Part shown: piece by piece, positions 19,009 to 26,571 of the stretch | How the letters are laid out: each line of letters starts with the position of its first letter | Numbering within the stretch: position 1 is the first letter of the stretch | Virus record (IMG/VR): IMGVR_UViG_3300030372_004350 | Location: 1-35,847 of that record | DNA: 35,847 bases | Reading direction: 5' to 3' (one strand) | From: a virus | Taxonomy: Duplodnaviria > Caudoviricetes | Notes under the pieces: generated by a model | The model's database searches: none | Seen by the model: the letters and a program-made list of their open reading frames with translations, nothing else | Told to the model about the DNA's origin: nothing | Program-made: the position numbers and the translations under genes

Positions 19009-19385
19009 TCGGAACCCTCATCTGTTGAGACGGGCTCAAACTCCTGAGGTAGACCATCGGGGTGTGGTGAGTCATTCTCAAACATAATAACCCGCCCATG
19101 CTCTTGGTTCAGGTCGCCCATGATCCCCCTGATCCGCTCGAGGGCTTGTTGCGCTGCTCGAAAGTGAACCAAGTAGGACGCGTCACTGATCGAAAAGTTT
19201 TTATCGACTTCTTTGCATTCAGCGCGGAATGTTGTGATCTCGGCAAAGAGCATTTTATTGAGCGTGAGCCGTGTTTTCGTTTCGCGCCAAGTTTTGCCCT
19301 CCGCCAACAAGGCTCGCACCTCCGCATTGTATGGAGCGCGCAGCTTGTCCCAGTGCGGGTATGACATCTTCTTCTTAGGCATCAC
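19005..19385 (-). CDS. Hypothetical protein
   Basis: 126 aa, GGAGG RBS, coupled to rusA. Confidence 0.7.
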   Translation of the reverse strand: MMPKKKMSYPHWDKLRAPYNAEVRALLAEGKTWRETKTRLTLNKMLFAEITTFRAECKEVDKNFSISDASYLVHFRAAQQALERIRGIMGDLNQEHGRVIMFENDSPHPDGLPQEFEPVSTDEGSE

Positions 19386-19391
19386 CCCTCC

Positions 19392-19766
19392 CTAAAAAGG
19401 CGAGGCAGCGTCATTGTCGCCACCTTGCTGGTAATAGTTGCCGTAGTTGCCACCGCCAGTGGCAGGTGCTGCGCTCTGTTTCTTGGGGCTCAGGTACTGG
19501 ACACGGAAGACTGTAACCGACAGGCGGTTGTCTTCGCCGTAGGTATCGAGACGACCCTCGACGAATATCTGGCGACCCTTCTCGCCGTGCTTGGCTAGGC
19601 TCTCTGCTGTTTTACCAAAGGCAGTGACCCAGACCCATGTCGTTTTCTCTTCACCGTTGACCATGCTGTTCATGGCTAGCGACAGTCGGGCTCGAGGCCC
19701 GCTCTGTCCTACGTTGATCTCAGGATCGACACCCATACGACCGATTAACATTACTTTATTCACCAT
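19392..19766 (-). CDS. ssb: Single-stranded DNA-binding protein
   Basis: 'VNKVMLIGRMGVDPE', 'TTWV.V.AFGK.AE', 'KG.QIFVEGRL', G/Q-rich tail ending in PF. Confidence 0.92.
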   Translation of the reverse strand: MVNKVMLIGRMGVDPEINVGQSGPRARLSLAMNSMVNGEEKTTWVWVTAFGKTAESLAKHGEKGRQIFVEGRLDTYGEDNRLSVTVFRVQYLSPKKQSAAPATGGGNYGNYYQQGGDNDAASPF

Positions 19767-20433
19767 CAGATTGTCCCTTCAGAGCGATCATGCGCTCCGT
19801 ATAAAGCCGACGCAGCGGCGCTTTTAGTTCATTGCCCACATCAAGGGCAGCTAAGTCTTTACCTAAGTCGAGCAGCACATCGACGCTGGGCGCTGTCTCG
19901 ATGGCTTCACGCCACTCATCCATGCCAGTGTCTTGGCTAGGCTTGGTGGCAGCAGGGGCGCCATCCCTCTTGGGCAAAGCCCATGCTGGTAGTTTGGGCG
20001 GATCCCAATACGCAGGCTTGCCCGATTTTGATTTGTGGTAGATATGACCCTTGGGCTTGAGATGGCACCAGACCATCGGCAGATCGTACAAGTAACGACC
20101 GATACCCCAATGCACAGCAGCGCGCTTGAGCGCAGACGACAACCCACCTTTGACTGCTTCGATGTCGGTGTTCGGTGATCCGTCGGCCTTGGTGACCCAC
20201 TCACCATCCGGTCCTTTGCAGGACAACTCGCACACCACGCCACCATCCGGTCCTTTGACGTACTTAGTCGCCCAACCAAACGGCCCGAACACGTCATCAA
20301 GACGCTGTTGTACGGCTCGAGATGTCAGGTATGCCAAGGCACTAACCTTGTCTCCATTGCGCGTGGTTTGACCCACTCGCCACTCAATATCCTCTGGCGC
20401 AAAAGGCGCCTTTAGTTTTGCCATGATATCCAT
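19756..20433 (-). CDS. Sak / Rad52-22 family ssDNA annealing protein
   Basis: 'L.APF..EDIEWRV', 'LAY...RAVQQRLD.V.G..GW', 'KGG.S.ALKRAAV.WGIGRYLY'. GGAGG RBS before ATG 20433. Confidence 0.9.
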   Translation of the reverse strand: MDIMAKLKAPFAPEDIEWRVGQTTRNGDKVSALAYLTSRAVQQRLDDVFGPFGWATKYVKGPDGGVVCELSCKGPDGEWVTKADGSPNTDIEAVKGGLSSALKRAAVHWGIGRYLYDLPMVWCHLKPKGHIYHKSKSGKPAYWDPPKLPAWALPKRDGAPAATKPSQDTGMDEWREAIETAPSVDVLLDLGKDLAALDVGNELKAPLRRLYTERMIALKGQSDGE

Positions 20434-20441
20434 GGTACCTC

Positions 20442-21179
20442 CTACAGGTTTAGGGTTTGGTAGCCAGGCCACCGACCTGACTCAATACAATCAGCATACA
20501 CAGCAAGACCCCGCTCAAGCTTGGCGTTGCCGTTCTCAATGATCTCATCCGATGCCCAGACCAAACGAGGTAGGGCGCTGTCCTTCTCAACAAACAACCA
20601 GCCCCACTTCGGCGATACACCGTGCACAGACTCAACGGCTCGGATGTACATGGCAGCTGACAGATCGTAATCATAACGACGGATAGCCGAGTGGATACCG
20701 TAGTTGGATGCGTCGGCAGTAGTCTTGAGATCGATCATCACCGAGTGATCAGACGCTAGCCAATCGGGCTTAGCTTTGCAGTTAGCGCCAGTCGCTGGGT
20801 CAACCCAGTCAATGCGTCGCTCGACCAAAGCATCCTCGGCTAGGATCGCAGCGACATCGCTGTCAGCATAGACCCCGTCTCGCATGCGGAACATCTCATC
20901 CCAGTCATCTTGCTTGAGACCACCAGCAAACTCTTCATTGGCTAACCATTGAGTATACTTTGCCGTGCCAGGATGAGCTGGCGCAAAGCCATACTGTTGA
21001 CGGCATACCGCTTCACCTTCGAGCACCAGCGCATGAAACGCAGACCCAAAGACTAATGCACGGCTAACGGGCTCAGGTGCCGACTCAGCATAACGTTGAT
21101 AGAAGTGAGCGGGGGTTTTGTTGATGATCAACTTGACCCCACTGCTCGAGATCGAATCAATACCTCGATGATAGTTCAT
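20442..21179 (-). CDS. RecE/exonuclease VIII-like PD-(D/E)XK nuclease (DUF3799-like)
   Basis: 'ISSS.VK', 'GSAFHALVLE', 'CKAKPDW', 'IDLKTT', 'Y.LSAAMY', 'FVEK', 'WPGY'. Confidence 0.88.
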   Translation of the reverse strand: MNYHRGIDSISSSGVKLIINKTPAHFYQRYAESAPEPVSRALVFGSAFHALVLEGEAVCRQQYGFAPAHPGTAKYTQWLANEEFAGGLKQDDWDEMFRMRDGVYADSDVAAILAEDALVERRIDWVDPATGANCKAKPDWLASDHSVMIDLKTTADASNYGIHSAIRRYDYDLSAAMYIRAVESVHGVSPKWGWLFVEKDSALPRLVWASDEIIENGNAKLERGLAVYADCIESGRWPGYQTLNL

Positions 21180-21658
21180 GAGATCACCTCTCGGACAAAG
21201 CCCCGTAGTTTACGCCATGACTTGAGCACCAGCGCCCACTCTTCACGCACGCGCTCAGGCTCTTGAAAGCGCGCAGCCTCTTCTAAAATCGCAACTTCAC
21301 TGCGTACCACCAGCGCCCAGTTGCTGATGGCGTCATAGGTGTGCTTGGTGGGTTCTGCTTGGTCATCGTTGTCAATAGCGACGCTGCGATGCACCAGCAC
21401 CGAAGCCCAGCGCCCCGTTCGAGTACGACGCCGACGACCAGACGGTAGTAGTTTACCTGCTTGTTTCAACTCGGTAACACGCGCAGACCCAGTCTGATAG
21501 GCTATATCGAAGTGAACCAGCACCTCATCAGATGTGGCACCACGATCGCCTTGCAAGCGAACCCAGTTCTCGATCCTAAAGCGCAGCGCTGGAGCCATCT
21601 TAGCGATGGACTCAGCAGCTTCACGCGACTCATTGTTAAATAGATTTGAGTTAGGCAT
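21176..21658 (-). CDS. Winged helix-turn-helix DNA-binding protein
   Basis: 'GATSDEV.......QTGSARVTELKQAG....GRRR.TRTGR.A.V' pattern common in phage wHTH proteins. Start taken at ATG 21658 (GGAGG upstream). Confidence 0.7.
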   Translation of the reverse strand: MPNSNLFNNESREAAESIAKMAPALRFRIENWVRLQGDRGATSDEVLVHFDIAYQTGSARVTELKQAGKLLPSGRRRRTRTGRWASVLVHRSVAIDNDDQAEPTKHTYDAISNWALVVRSEVAILEEAARFQEPERVREEWALVLKSWRKLRGFVREVIS

Positions 21659-21905
21659 AGCAGTATCTAGCCTCCGCAACCTCTTCCCAGTAAAGCTCCA
21701 ACGCCTCACGGCAAGCGGTCTCATAATAGTTGTCAGTATATTGGACCTGTTCATCATGCATGTCTTGATCGACAGTGCCTTCCCCTTTGCAATCGGGGCA
21801 GTCCAACTCTAGCTCTCTAATATCCGCTGGATGAGTGCTTGCCTGCTCGGCTGTGTAGACTAGCCCGTACCCATCGCAAACCCGGCATTTATACTCACTC
21901 GCCAT
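21651..21905 (-). CDS. Small DnaJ-type zinc-finger protein
   Basis: Two CxxCxGxG repeats (CRVCDGYG, CPDCKGEG). GGAGG RBS before ATG 21905. Confidence 0.72.
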   Translation of the reverse strand: MASEYKCRVCDGYGLVYTAEQASTHPADIRELELDCPDCKGEGTVDQDMHDEQVQYTDNYYETACREALELYWEEVAEARYCYA

Positions 21906-22173
21906 CGTTTGATCCTCCGTCATGGTTGCTAAGCACAGGCGCGATGATCTGAACATCAACACCTGTCTTACGTTTGATAAACTCAGTGGCGCGCTCAATG
22001 ACGCTGTCAGCCGATCCAGTAAACCGAGCATCAACACCAGACACACCATCGAACAGACGAACAACGGTTGCGCCATTCTTGTCCATGGCAATGAGACACC
22101 GCGACCCTTTGCCGTCGATGTCTGCATGCCAATCGATGTACGCATCCTTGCGCTTTCCTAGTGCAAAGATCAT
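21895..22173 (-). CDS. Hypothetical protein
   Basis: 92 aa, ATGA-coupled, fills the operon. Confidence 0.6.
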   Translation of the reverse strand: MIFALGKRKDAYIDWHADIDGKGSRCLIAMDKNGATVVRLFDGVSGVDARFTGSADSVIERATEFIKRKTGVDVQIIAPVLSNHDGGSNDGE

Positions 22174-22367
22174 GCATCACCCCCTAGCAACCCTAGAGGA
22201 TCATCCGCCAAGATACGGTCTAAAGTCATAGGCTCTGACGTGCCAGGGTCTGGGCAAGTGAAACAGAGGTGCTCGACTTCAGGCTCATAGCGACGGCGAA
22301 CCGATGAGCCGATAGGAGTCTTACACACCATGCAGTGCAGTTTGTAGTGGACCCACTTGCTAGTCAT
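22170..22367 (-). CDS. Small putative zinc-binding protein
   Basis: CMVC...CFTC. GAGGAG RBS before ATG 22367. Confidence 0.6.
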   Translation of the reverse strand: MTSKWVHYKLHCMVCKTPIGSSVRRRYEPEVEHLCFTCPDPGTSEPMTLDRILADDPLGLLGGDA

Positions 22368-22662
22368 CGCTGTTCTCCTCAAAAGTTAAAGTGGATGGAT
22401 CGTAACCAACCAATGCACCAACCGCCTGTTCAAGGTCTCGCTCCGGGTGTAGTTGATCCAGAATATCAACTAGCTTTTCATTGATCCCCTCAAGAGCATC
22501 GTGAACGCGCCTTTGTTTAGGTGTATGGGGCTCGATGGTGTGCTGCGCCATAGCCAAACGAGTGATGCCTTGGTGCAGATCGTTCACCGCACAACTCACC
22601 AACTCATAAATCAATTTATCTTCTTTGGTCGCTGGCAAATTGCCTCGACGTGGATAACCCAT
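22360..22662 (-). CDS. Hypothetical protein, first gene of the middle (recombination/replication) operon
   Basis: GGAGG RBS before ATG 22662, downstream of a promoter-like site. Confidence 0.68.
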   Translation of the reverse strand: MGYPRRGNLPATKEDKLIYELVSCAVNDLHQGITRLAMAQHTIEPHTPKQRRVHDALEGINEKLVDILDQLHPERDLEQAVGALVGYDPSTLTFEENSDD

Positions 22663-22697
22663 AATGCCTCCTATGGTTTTGGGTTTGGGGTAATAGG

Positions 22698-22726
22698 TAT
22701 ATACACAGGCCAAGACCCACTTGCAA
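22698..22726 (-). promoter_or_regulatory. Sigma70-like promoter for the middle operon
   Basis: TTGCAA-17 bp-TATATA on the - strand, followed by the CCCCAAACC box and an RBS. Confidence 0.55.
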
Positions 22727-22790
22727 GCCCCATCTCAAAAATAACTCTAGAGACTTTACAAGCACTTAGGGCCCGGCCGTGTTTTTTGTT

Positions 22791-23180
22791 TTAACCGTTT
22801 TTCTTTGGGTCGATCGGCCGATACCCACTTGTTAACTGATCCCGTAGAGCGCTTTCATTCTTTGCCTGGTCGATCAATTGCATTGCGTCGCTATCGGGTA
22901 TCTCAAGCGGGAACGGTTCAACGCCAGCGCGGACCTTCTCGGTAAGCTGTCGCACGCGTCTAGGTGTGATCCCGTAGCGCTTTGCTGTGCTTGCCGTAGG
23001 AGTAGGATCAGACGCTATCACGCAGGCGCAATAGAAGCGCACCACGTCTACCGCTGGCGCTATCTGTCGACGGCTTGGCACGTAGACGCGCAATGCTCCC
23101 GCCTCGCTTGCTATCAACGGATCATTCAACAGAGCCGTTTGCGTGCTTGGTTTGAGATTTTTAAAATGTAGGTTTTTCAA
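22791..23180 (-). CDS. Mor-like transcription regulator (HTH)
   Basis: 'aGalrVYVP' plus 'tAKRYGITPRRVRQL' matches the Mor/C activator layout. TTG start with AGGGGG RBS. Confidence 0.55.
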   Translation of the reverse strand: MKNLHFKNLKPSTQTALLNDPLIASEAGALRVYVPSRRQIAPAVDVVRFYCACVIASDPTPTASTAKRYGITPRRVRQLTEKVRAGVEPFPLEIPDSDAMQLIDQAKNESALRDQLTSGYRPIDPKKNG

Positions 23181-23197
23181 GGTATTTACCCCCTAGG

Positions 23198-23230
23198 AAA
23201 AAACAGAAAAGACACGCCCGAAGGCGTGCC
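23198..23230 (-). terminator. Rho-independent terminator of the early operon
   Basis: GGCACGCC-TTCG-GGCGTGTC followed by TTTTCTGTTTTTT on the - strand. Confidence 0.88.
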
Positions 23231-23253
23231 TAGTCCGTAGGTTGTTGCGTGCG

Positions 23254-24165
23254 TTAGTGCACAGGATAGGTGATCAAAGGTTTCTCATTATGCCAGCATG
23301 ACCGACAATCGCCACAGATACCGCCGCGAGTATAAGCCGGGCATACCGCCCCAGGTGTCTCGCCTGTGCTGGATACGCTAGACGCTAAAACGTTATTGTT
23401 GCCCTTTGGCATAGGATGCACATCAACGCGCGGTGAACTGATACGCACGGTCAAGTTGAACGGTAAGGGACCATGCTCTTTAATCCATCGCTTGACGGTT
23501 GCACGTTCCTGAGTGGGTAGCCAGTGTTGCAAGTCAGGGGTTGCTTTGACTACGTCCATCAATAGGACCATATAACCATACGAAAACACGTCTCCCGCAT
23601 CATGCCAACGAAAGTAACGCGCCTTATCGTAGGCAAGCGCGGCCTTAACCCGCTTTTTTTCGATCGGTGGCAATGCGTCAAAGGTTTCTTTAGCTTGGAT
23701 AGCAGACAAACCTAATTCTCTCTGCTCTGGTGTTTCCTTAATGGGCGCGCCGCCTTTGAGAATACGCAAGCCACCAGCGCCGCACCTGAACTTAGCCGCA
23801 AGGGCCGCGTGATACAGGTTCATACTTTGCTTGTCAGGCTTGCCAAGTTTAGCGACGCGAGCGCGTGCCTTAATCAATTGACCGTTGAGATACCCGGCGA
23901 AAGTAGACACCCACTTGTCACGGTAGGTAGTCGATGCAATGGCACGCTTAACGAAAGTATAACGGAGCGCCTGCGCATTGCGCACATTAGGCATCTGATA
24001 GCGTCCTTTGAGCGCATAGCAATTCTCACATGGCGTACCAGGTACACCGGCAAGCTTTGCGCCGATAGGACAAGTCACAATAGCCGGTAGGCTGAATGAT
24101 CCACCCGGCATTTTATCCGTATACGTTAGCGAACCGCAAACGCGCTTAAATTGAACGTAGTTCAT
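23254..24165 (-). CDS. Gp88-family protein (Cys-rich, putative Fe-S / radical-SAM-like)
   Basis: 'KMP..SFSLPA..TCP...C..CYA.KG.Y', 'FRWHDAGD', 'HWLPT.E', 'NLTVRIS', C-terminal Cx8Cx2Cx2C. Confidence 0.8.
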   Translation of the reverse strand: MNYVQFKRVCGSLTYTDKMPGGSFSLPAIVTCPIGAKLAGVPGTPCENCYALKGRYQMPNVRNAQALRYTFVKRAIASTTYRDKWVSTFAGYLNGQLIKARARVAKLGKPDKQSMNLYHAALAAKFRCGAGGLRILKGGAPIKETPEQRELGLSAIQAKETFDALPPIEKKRVKAALAYDKARYFRWHDAGDVFSYGYMVLLMDVVKATPDLQHWLPTQERATVKRWIKEHGPLPFNLTVRISSPRVDVHPMPKGNNNVLASSVSSTGETPGAVCPAYTRGGICGDCRSCWHNEKPLITYPVH

Positions 24166-24193
24166 TCTAATTCTCTCAGGGTTTGGGGGTTGT

Positions 24194-24421
24194 TTATTCG
24201 GTTGTGTCTAGCGAGTTACCGAACCAGATTAGAACGTTTCCGGCATTATCTGAATTGAGCCGATCAAGTGCACGTTGTAAGCGCGCTGCGCTTAGCGAGC
24301 GCATGCCACCGCGTAAACGGATGGCGTCAACGTCGCTATGCTGGTTATCCAAAGCGAGTATTTCAAGCGCGGCTTGTGCGCGTACTAGATCTCTATGGTT
24401 GATTACTACAGGGTTTTTCAT
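24194..24421 (-). CDS. Small early hypothetical protein
   Basis: 75 aa, preceded by the repeated leader. Confidence 0.65.
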   Translation of the reverse strand: MKNPVVINHRDLVRAQAALEILALDNQHSDVDAIRLRGGMRSLSAARLQRALDRLNSDNAGNVLIWFGNSLDTTE

Positions 24422-24453
24422 GGTCTAATTCTCTCAAGGTTTGGGGGTTTAGT

Positions 24454-24642
24454 TTAGAAAGGGAAACCTTCGTTTTCGAGCTGATCGGTTGCATACTCTT
24501 TGGGCGTTAGTTCATCGCTCCACGCGTCTACGCTCATACCGTCAGATAAATCGTCAATTCCAACACCCGCGATGTTCATCACGATAGCGTCAACTTTAGC
24601 GTACCATTGCTTATAGGTGAGACCGTTAATTGTTTTATTCAT
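24454..24642 (-). CDS. Small early hypothetical protein
   Basis: 62 aa, acidic, AAGGA RBS and repeated leader. Confidence 0.7.
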   Translation of the reverse strand: MNKTINGLTYKQWYAKVDAIVMNIAGVGIDDLSDGMSVDAWSDELTPKEYATDQLENEGFPF

Positions 24643-24656
24643 GGTTTAATATCCTT

Positions 24657-24854
24657 CTAGGTTTGGGGTTTAGTGGTCTTACCCCATGAGTTGGGGTAGT
24701 TGTGAATAGTACCGTAAAAGGCCTGACGTGTATGCGCTGCTCTCTGCTCACGGTCGGCTTTAGTACTTCGCCAGAATGGTTTCATCGCTTTAGCGATTTC
24801 CTCATCGCTTTCGCCTCGCTTGAGCATCGGAAAGATTATATCCCAATTAAACAT
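24657..24854 (-). CDS. Small early hypothetical protein
   Basis: 65 aa, AAAGG RBS and repeated leader. Confidence 0.65.
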   Translation of the reverse strand: MFNWDIIFPMLKRGESDEEIAKAMKPFWRSTKADREQRAAHTRQAFYGTIHNYPNSWGKTTKPQT

Positions 24855-24884
24855 TATTTCTGCCTTTCTTTAATGGTTTGGGGT

Positions 24885-25106
24885 TTAGTTAGCGTCGCAG
24901 TAATCAGTAGCGAGATCATCAAGGTTAATGCCCTTTAACACACGAAGGACGAACTGAAGATCAGCAAGGGTCTTACGATGTTCATCGAGAATAAAGCCAC
25001 AATCATCATCGGACCAAGCGGATTTAACTTGGTCTAGTTTAATTTTCGCAAGCAATACCTCGCGTCGCAATATCGACTCGGCTTTGGATTTATCTAGGTT
25101 TTTCAT
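24885..25106 (-). CDS. Small early hypothetical protein (first early gene)
   Basis: 73 aa, AAGGAAGG RBS, downstream of a TTGACA promoter. Confidence 0.68.
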   Translation of the reverse strand: MKNLDKSKAESILRREVLLAKIKLDQVKSAWSDDDCGFILDEHRKTLADLQFVLRVLKGINLDDLATDYCDAN

Positions 25107-25153
25107 GTAGTTACCTTCCTTTAGGTGGTTTGGGGTGTCTTTCGACTGTTTAG

Positions 25154-25182
25154 GTATTAGCCCCTAGGCAAAGTATTGTCAA
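25154..25182 (-). promoter_or_regulatory. Sigma70-like early promoter
   Basis: Consensus TTGACA, 17 bp spacer, TAATAC on the - strand. Confidence 0.62.
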
Positions 25183-25322
25183 ACATATTCCGCAAACGGC
25201 TAGCCATACATGCAGGCAATGCCTGGCTTCGCGTGCGCGGGCGTACATGTGTGATGTGGTGGGTATGGGGTTGTGTGTGTTCCTTGGGTGAGTGGGTAGG
25301 GTTACCTTGCCCGTGTGCTGGC

Positions 25323-25350
25323 GAACCTAGAACCGAAGAACCTAGAACCG
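25323..25350. repeat. Tandem direct repeat GAACCTAGAACCG x2 (15 bp period)
   Basis: Seen directly in the long non-coding region. Confidence 0.8.
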
Positions 25351-25723
25351 TTGGTGGTGGTGGTGGGTGGCGGTCCTAAACTGCGCTAGTTTGAACCGTG
25401 GTTCGTGGTGCTGGTTAGTGGTTGATTTATCGCTAGCGCCCCAAAGCCCGGGTAAGCGATGTACTGGTAGGGCGATACCAAAAGCCTGAATCTGTTTCCA
25501 GTTGTTATACCCTCTTCCACCCGGAACGAGTTTTTCAACCCTCAACAAGAAGATTATATAATACTGGAGCTGACTGGCTGGTGTGTATTGCTGGCGGATC
25601 GTGCGTGCTCGAGCAATCAGGCTCAATAGCATTTAAAAGGCTACTATCTATTTACTTACCATATGAGTTTTTAGAATTGCAATAGGGTTTGTTGGGTACG
25701 AGGTTCTCGTGGGTTTCAGGTGG

Positions 25724-25774
25724 CTGCCATTCTGACAGTCCGAGTTAACCCTACAGTGACTGCCATTTTGGCAG
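25724..25774. promoter_or_regulatory. Pair of palindromic operator-like sites
   Basis: CTGCCA-TTC-TGACAG (25724-25738) and CTGCCA-TTT-TGGCAG (25760-25774). Confidence 0.45.
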
Positions 25775-25775
25775 G

Positions 25776-26006
25776 TTACTCAAAGGTAACCATGTCGATG
25801 TCGTCAAACGCGGGTTTCATGAGGTCTTGATGGGTGCGTGCTGCCCAGTCGAGTGCTTTGTTGGCGTCGTCAATGTGGGATCGGTAAATGCTAAGTTCGT
25901 TCATTTGCACATGGCTAAGCTCGCCTCTCATGGCTTGGACCATGCCTGGGCGGCCTAGTGCGATAATGCCTCGGATGACTGCGGTGGTAAGTTTGACTTT
26001 TCGCAT
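25776..26006 (-). CDS. Hypothetical protein
   Basis: 76 aa, AAGG upstream, divergent from the late arm. Confidence 0.6.
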   Translation of the reverse strand: MRKVKLTTAVIRGIIALGRPGMVQAMRGELSHVQMNELSIYRSHIDDANKALDWAARTHQDLMKPAFDDIDMVTFE

Positions 26007-26071
26007 GGGGAACCTTTCATTGGGTGTTGTTGTTGCGAAGGATACTTAACTTGCTGTAGTTAGCCTTTGTC

Positions 26072-26425
26072 ATGGATAGCAATCAAATTTTACAAATGCT
26101 GGCAGACTTTGGTGCTCTAGGCTTAGCGTCCGGTGCGATCTTCTGGCTGTATTTGAAGATGGCTAAACGGCTTGATGATCTAACGGATAACTTTCAAAAG
26201 CAGCTTCGTGAACAAATGGAAGACTGCAATCGCCGAGAAGCAGAAGTGCGAGATCGGTTTATGGAAGTCGTCAACAAGTACGACACCGAACGGCTCCAGT
26301 GGGTAACACGACTAGACGCCATCGAGAAAGAAGTGCAGGATATCGAAGGCCTTATTAAAGAAGGTCTGGGTGAAATGCGTAAACACTACGCAAAGATTAG
26401 CGCTGTAATTGGAAAGGAAGTCTGA
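26072..26425 (+). CDS. Membrane protein, one TM plus coiled coil (holin-like / BhlA-like architecture)
   Basis: 'FGALGLASGAIFWLYL' hydrophobic segment followed by heptad repeats. Confidence 0.65.
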   Translation: MDSNQILQMLADFGALGLASGAIFWLYLKMAKRLDDLTDNFQKQLREQMEDCNRREAEVRDRFMEVVNKYDTERLQWVTRLDAIEKEVQDIEGLIKEGLGEMRKHYAKISAVIGKEV

Positions 26426-26571
26426 TGCAGTTTGACTTGATGCACCTGCCTGATGATATTCCTATTGCGGTGCCGATCGAAGATGATGGTCAGATCGATT
26501 CACGCACATTGTTGATTATGCGCAATGAAGCATGGCGGTTAGTACAGTTAATTACCGGGAAGGAAGCCTGA
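26425..26571 (+). CDS. 48 aa hypothetical protein (not in the ORF track)
   Basis: MQFDLMHLPDDIPIAVPIEDDGQIDSRTLLIMRNEAWRLVQLITGKEA. TGATG-coupled on both sides, AAGGAAG RBS. Confidence 0.65.
   Translation: MQFDLMHLPDDIPIAVPIEDDGQIDSRTLLIMRNEAWRLVQLITGKEA

Larger units (their letters stand above)
24167..25135 (-). repeat. Dispersed leader motif CCCCAAACC before each early gene
   Basis: GGTTTGGGG on + at 24180, 24438, 24660, 24875 and 25127. 24167-24191 and 24425-24449 match at 24/25 nt. Further copies at 22682 and 16762, a variant at 20447, and a + strand sense copy at 28773. Confidence 0.9.

Noticed and set aside
19863-20300. Same-strand alternative-frame ORFs inside the Sak gene
   Set aside because: Unlike the MTase case, Sak is complete in one frame and the alternative frames contain no recognisable motif.
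21906-22145. N-terminal extension of the 164 aa ORF 21651-22145
   Set aside because: It overlaps the coupled 21895-22173 gene; the RBS-supported start is at 21905.
22762-22792. Terminator before the T-run at 22782-22792
   Set aside because: The stem is weak and the T-run is on the + strand, opposite to local transcription.
24167-25135. CRISPR-like array from the repeated GGTTTGGGG units
   Set aside because: Units are 200-260 bp apart, separated by intact ORFs, non-palindromic, and there are no cas genes.
25176-25632. ORFs 25176-25379 (+) and 25342-25632 (-), the latter with a His run
   Set aside because: They arise from low-complexity (TGG)n and GT-rich DNA, with no convincing RBS or protein-like composition.
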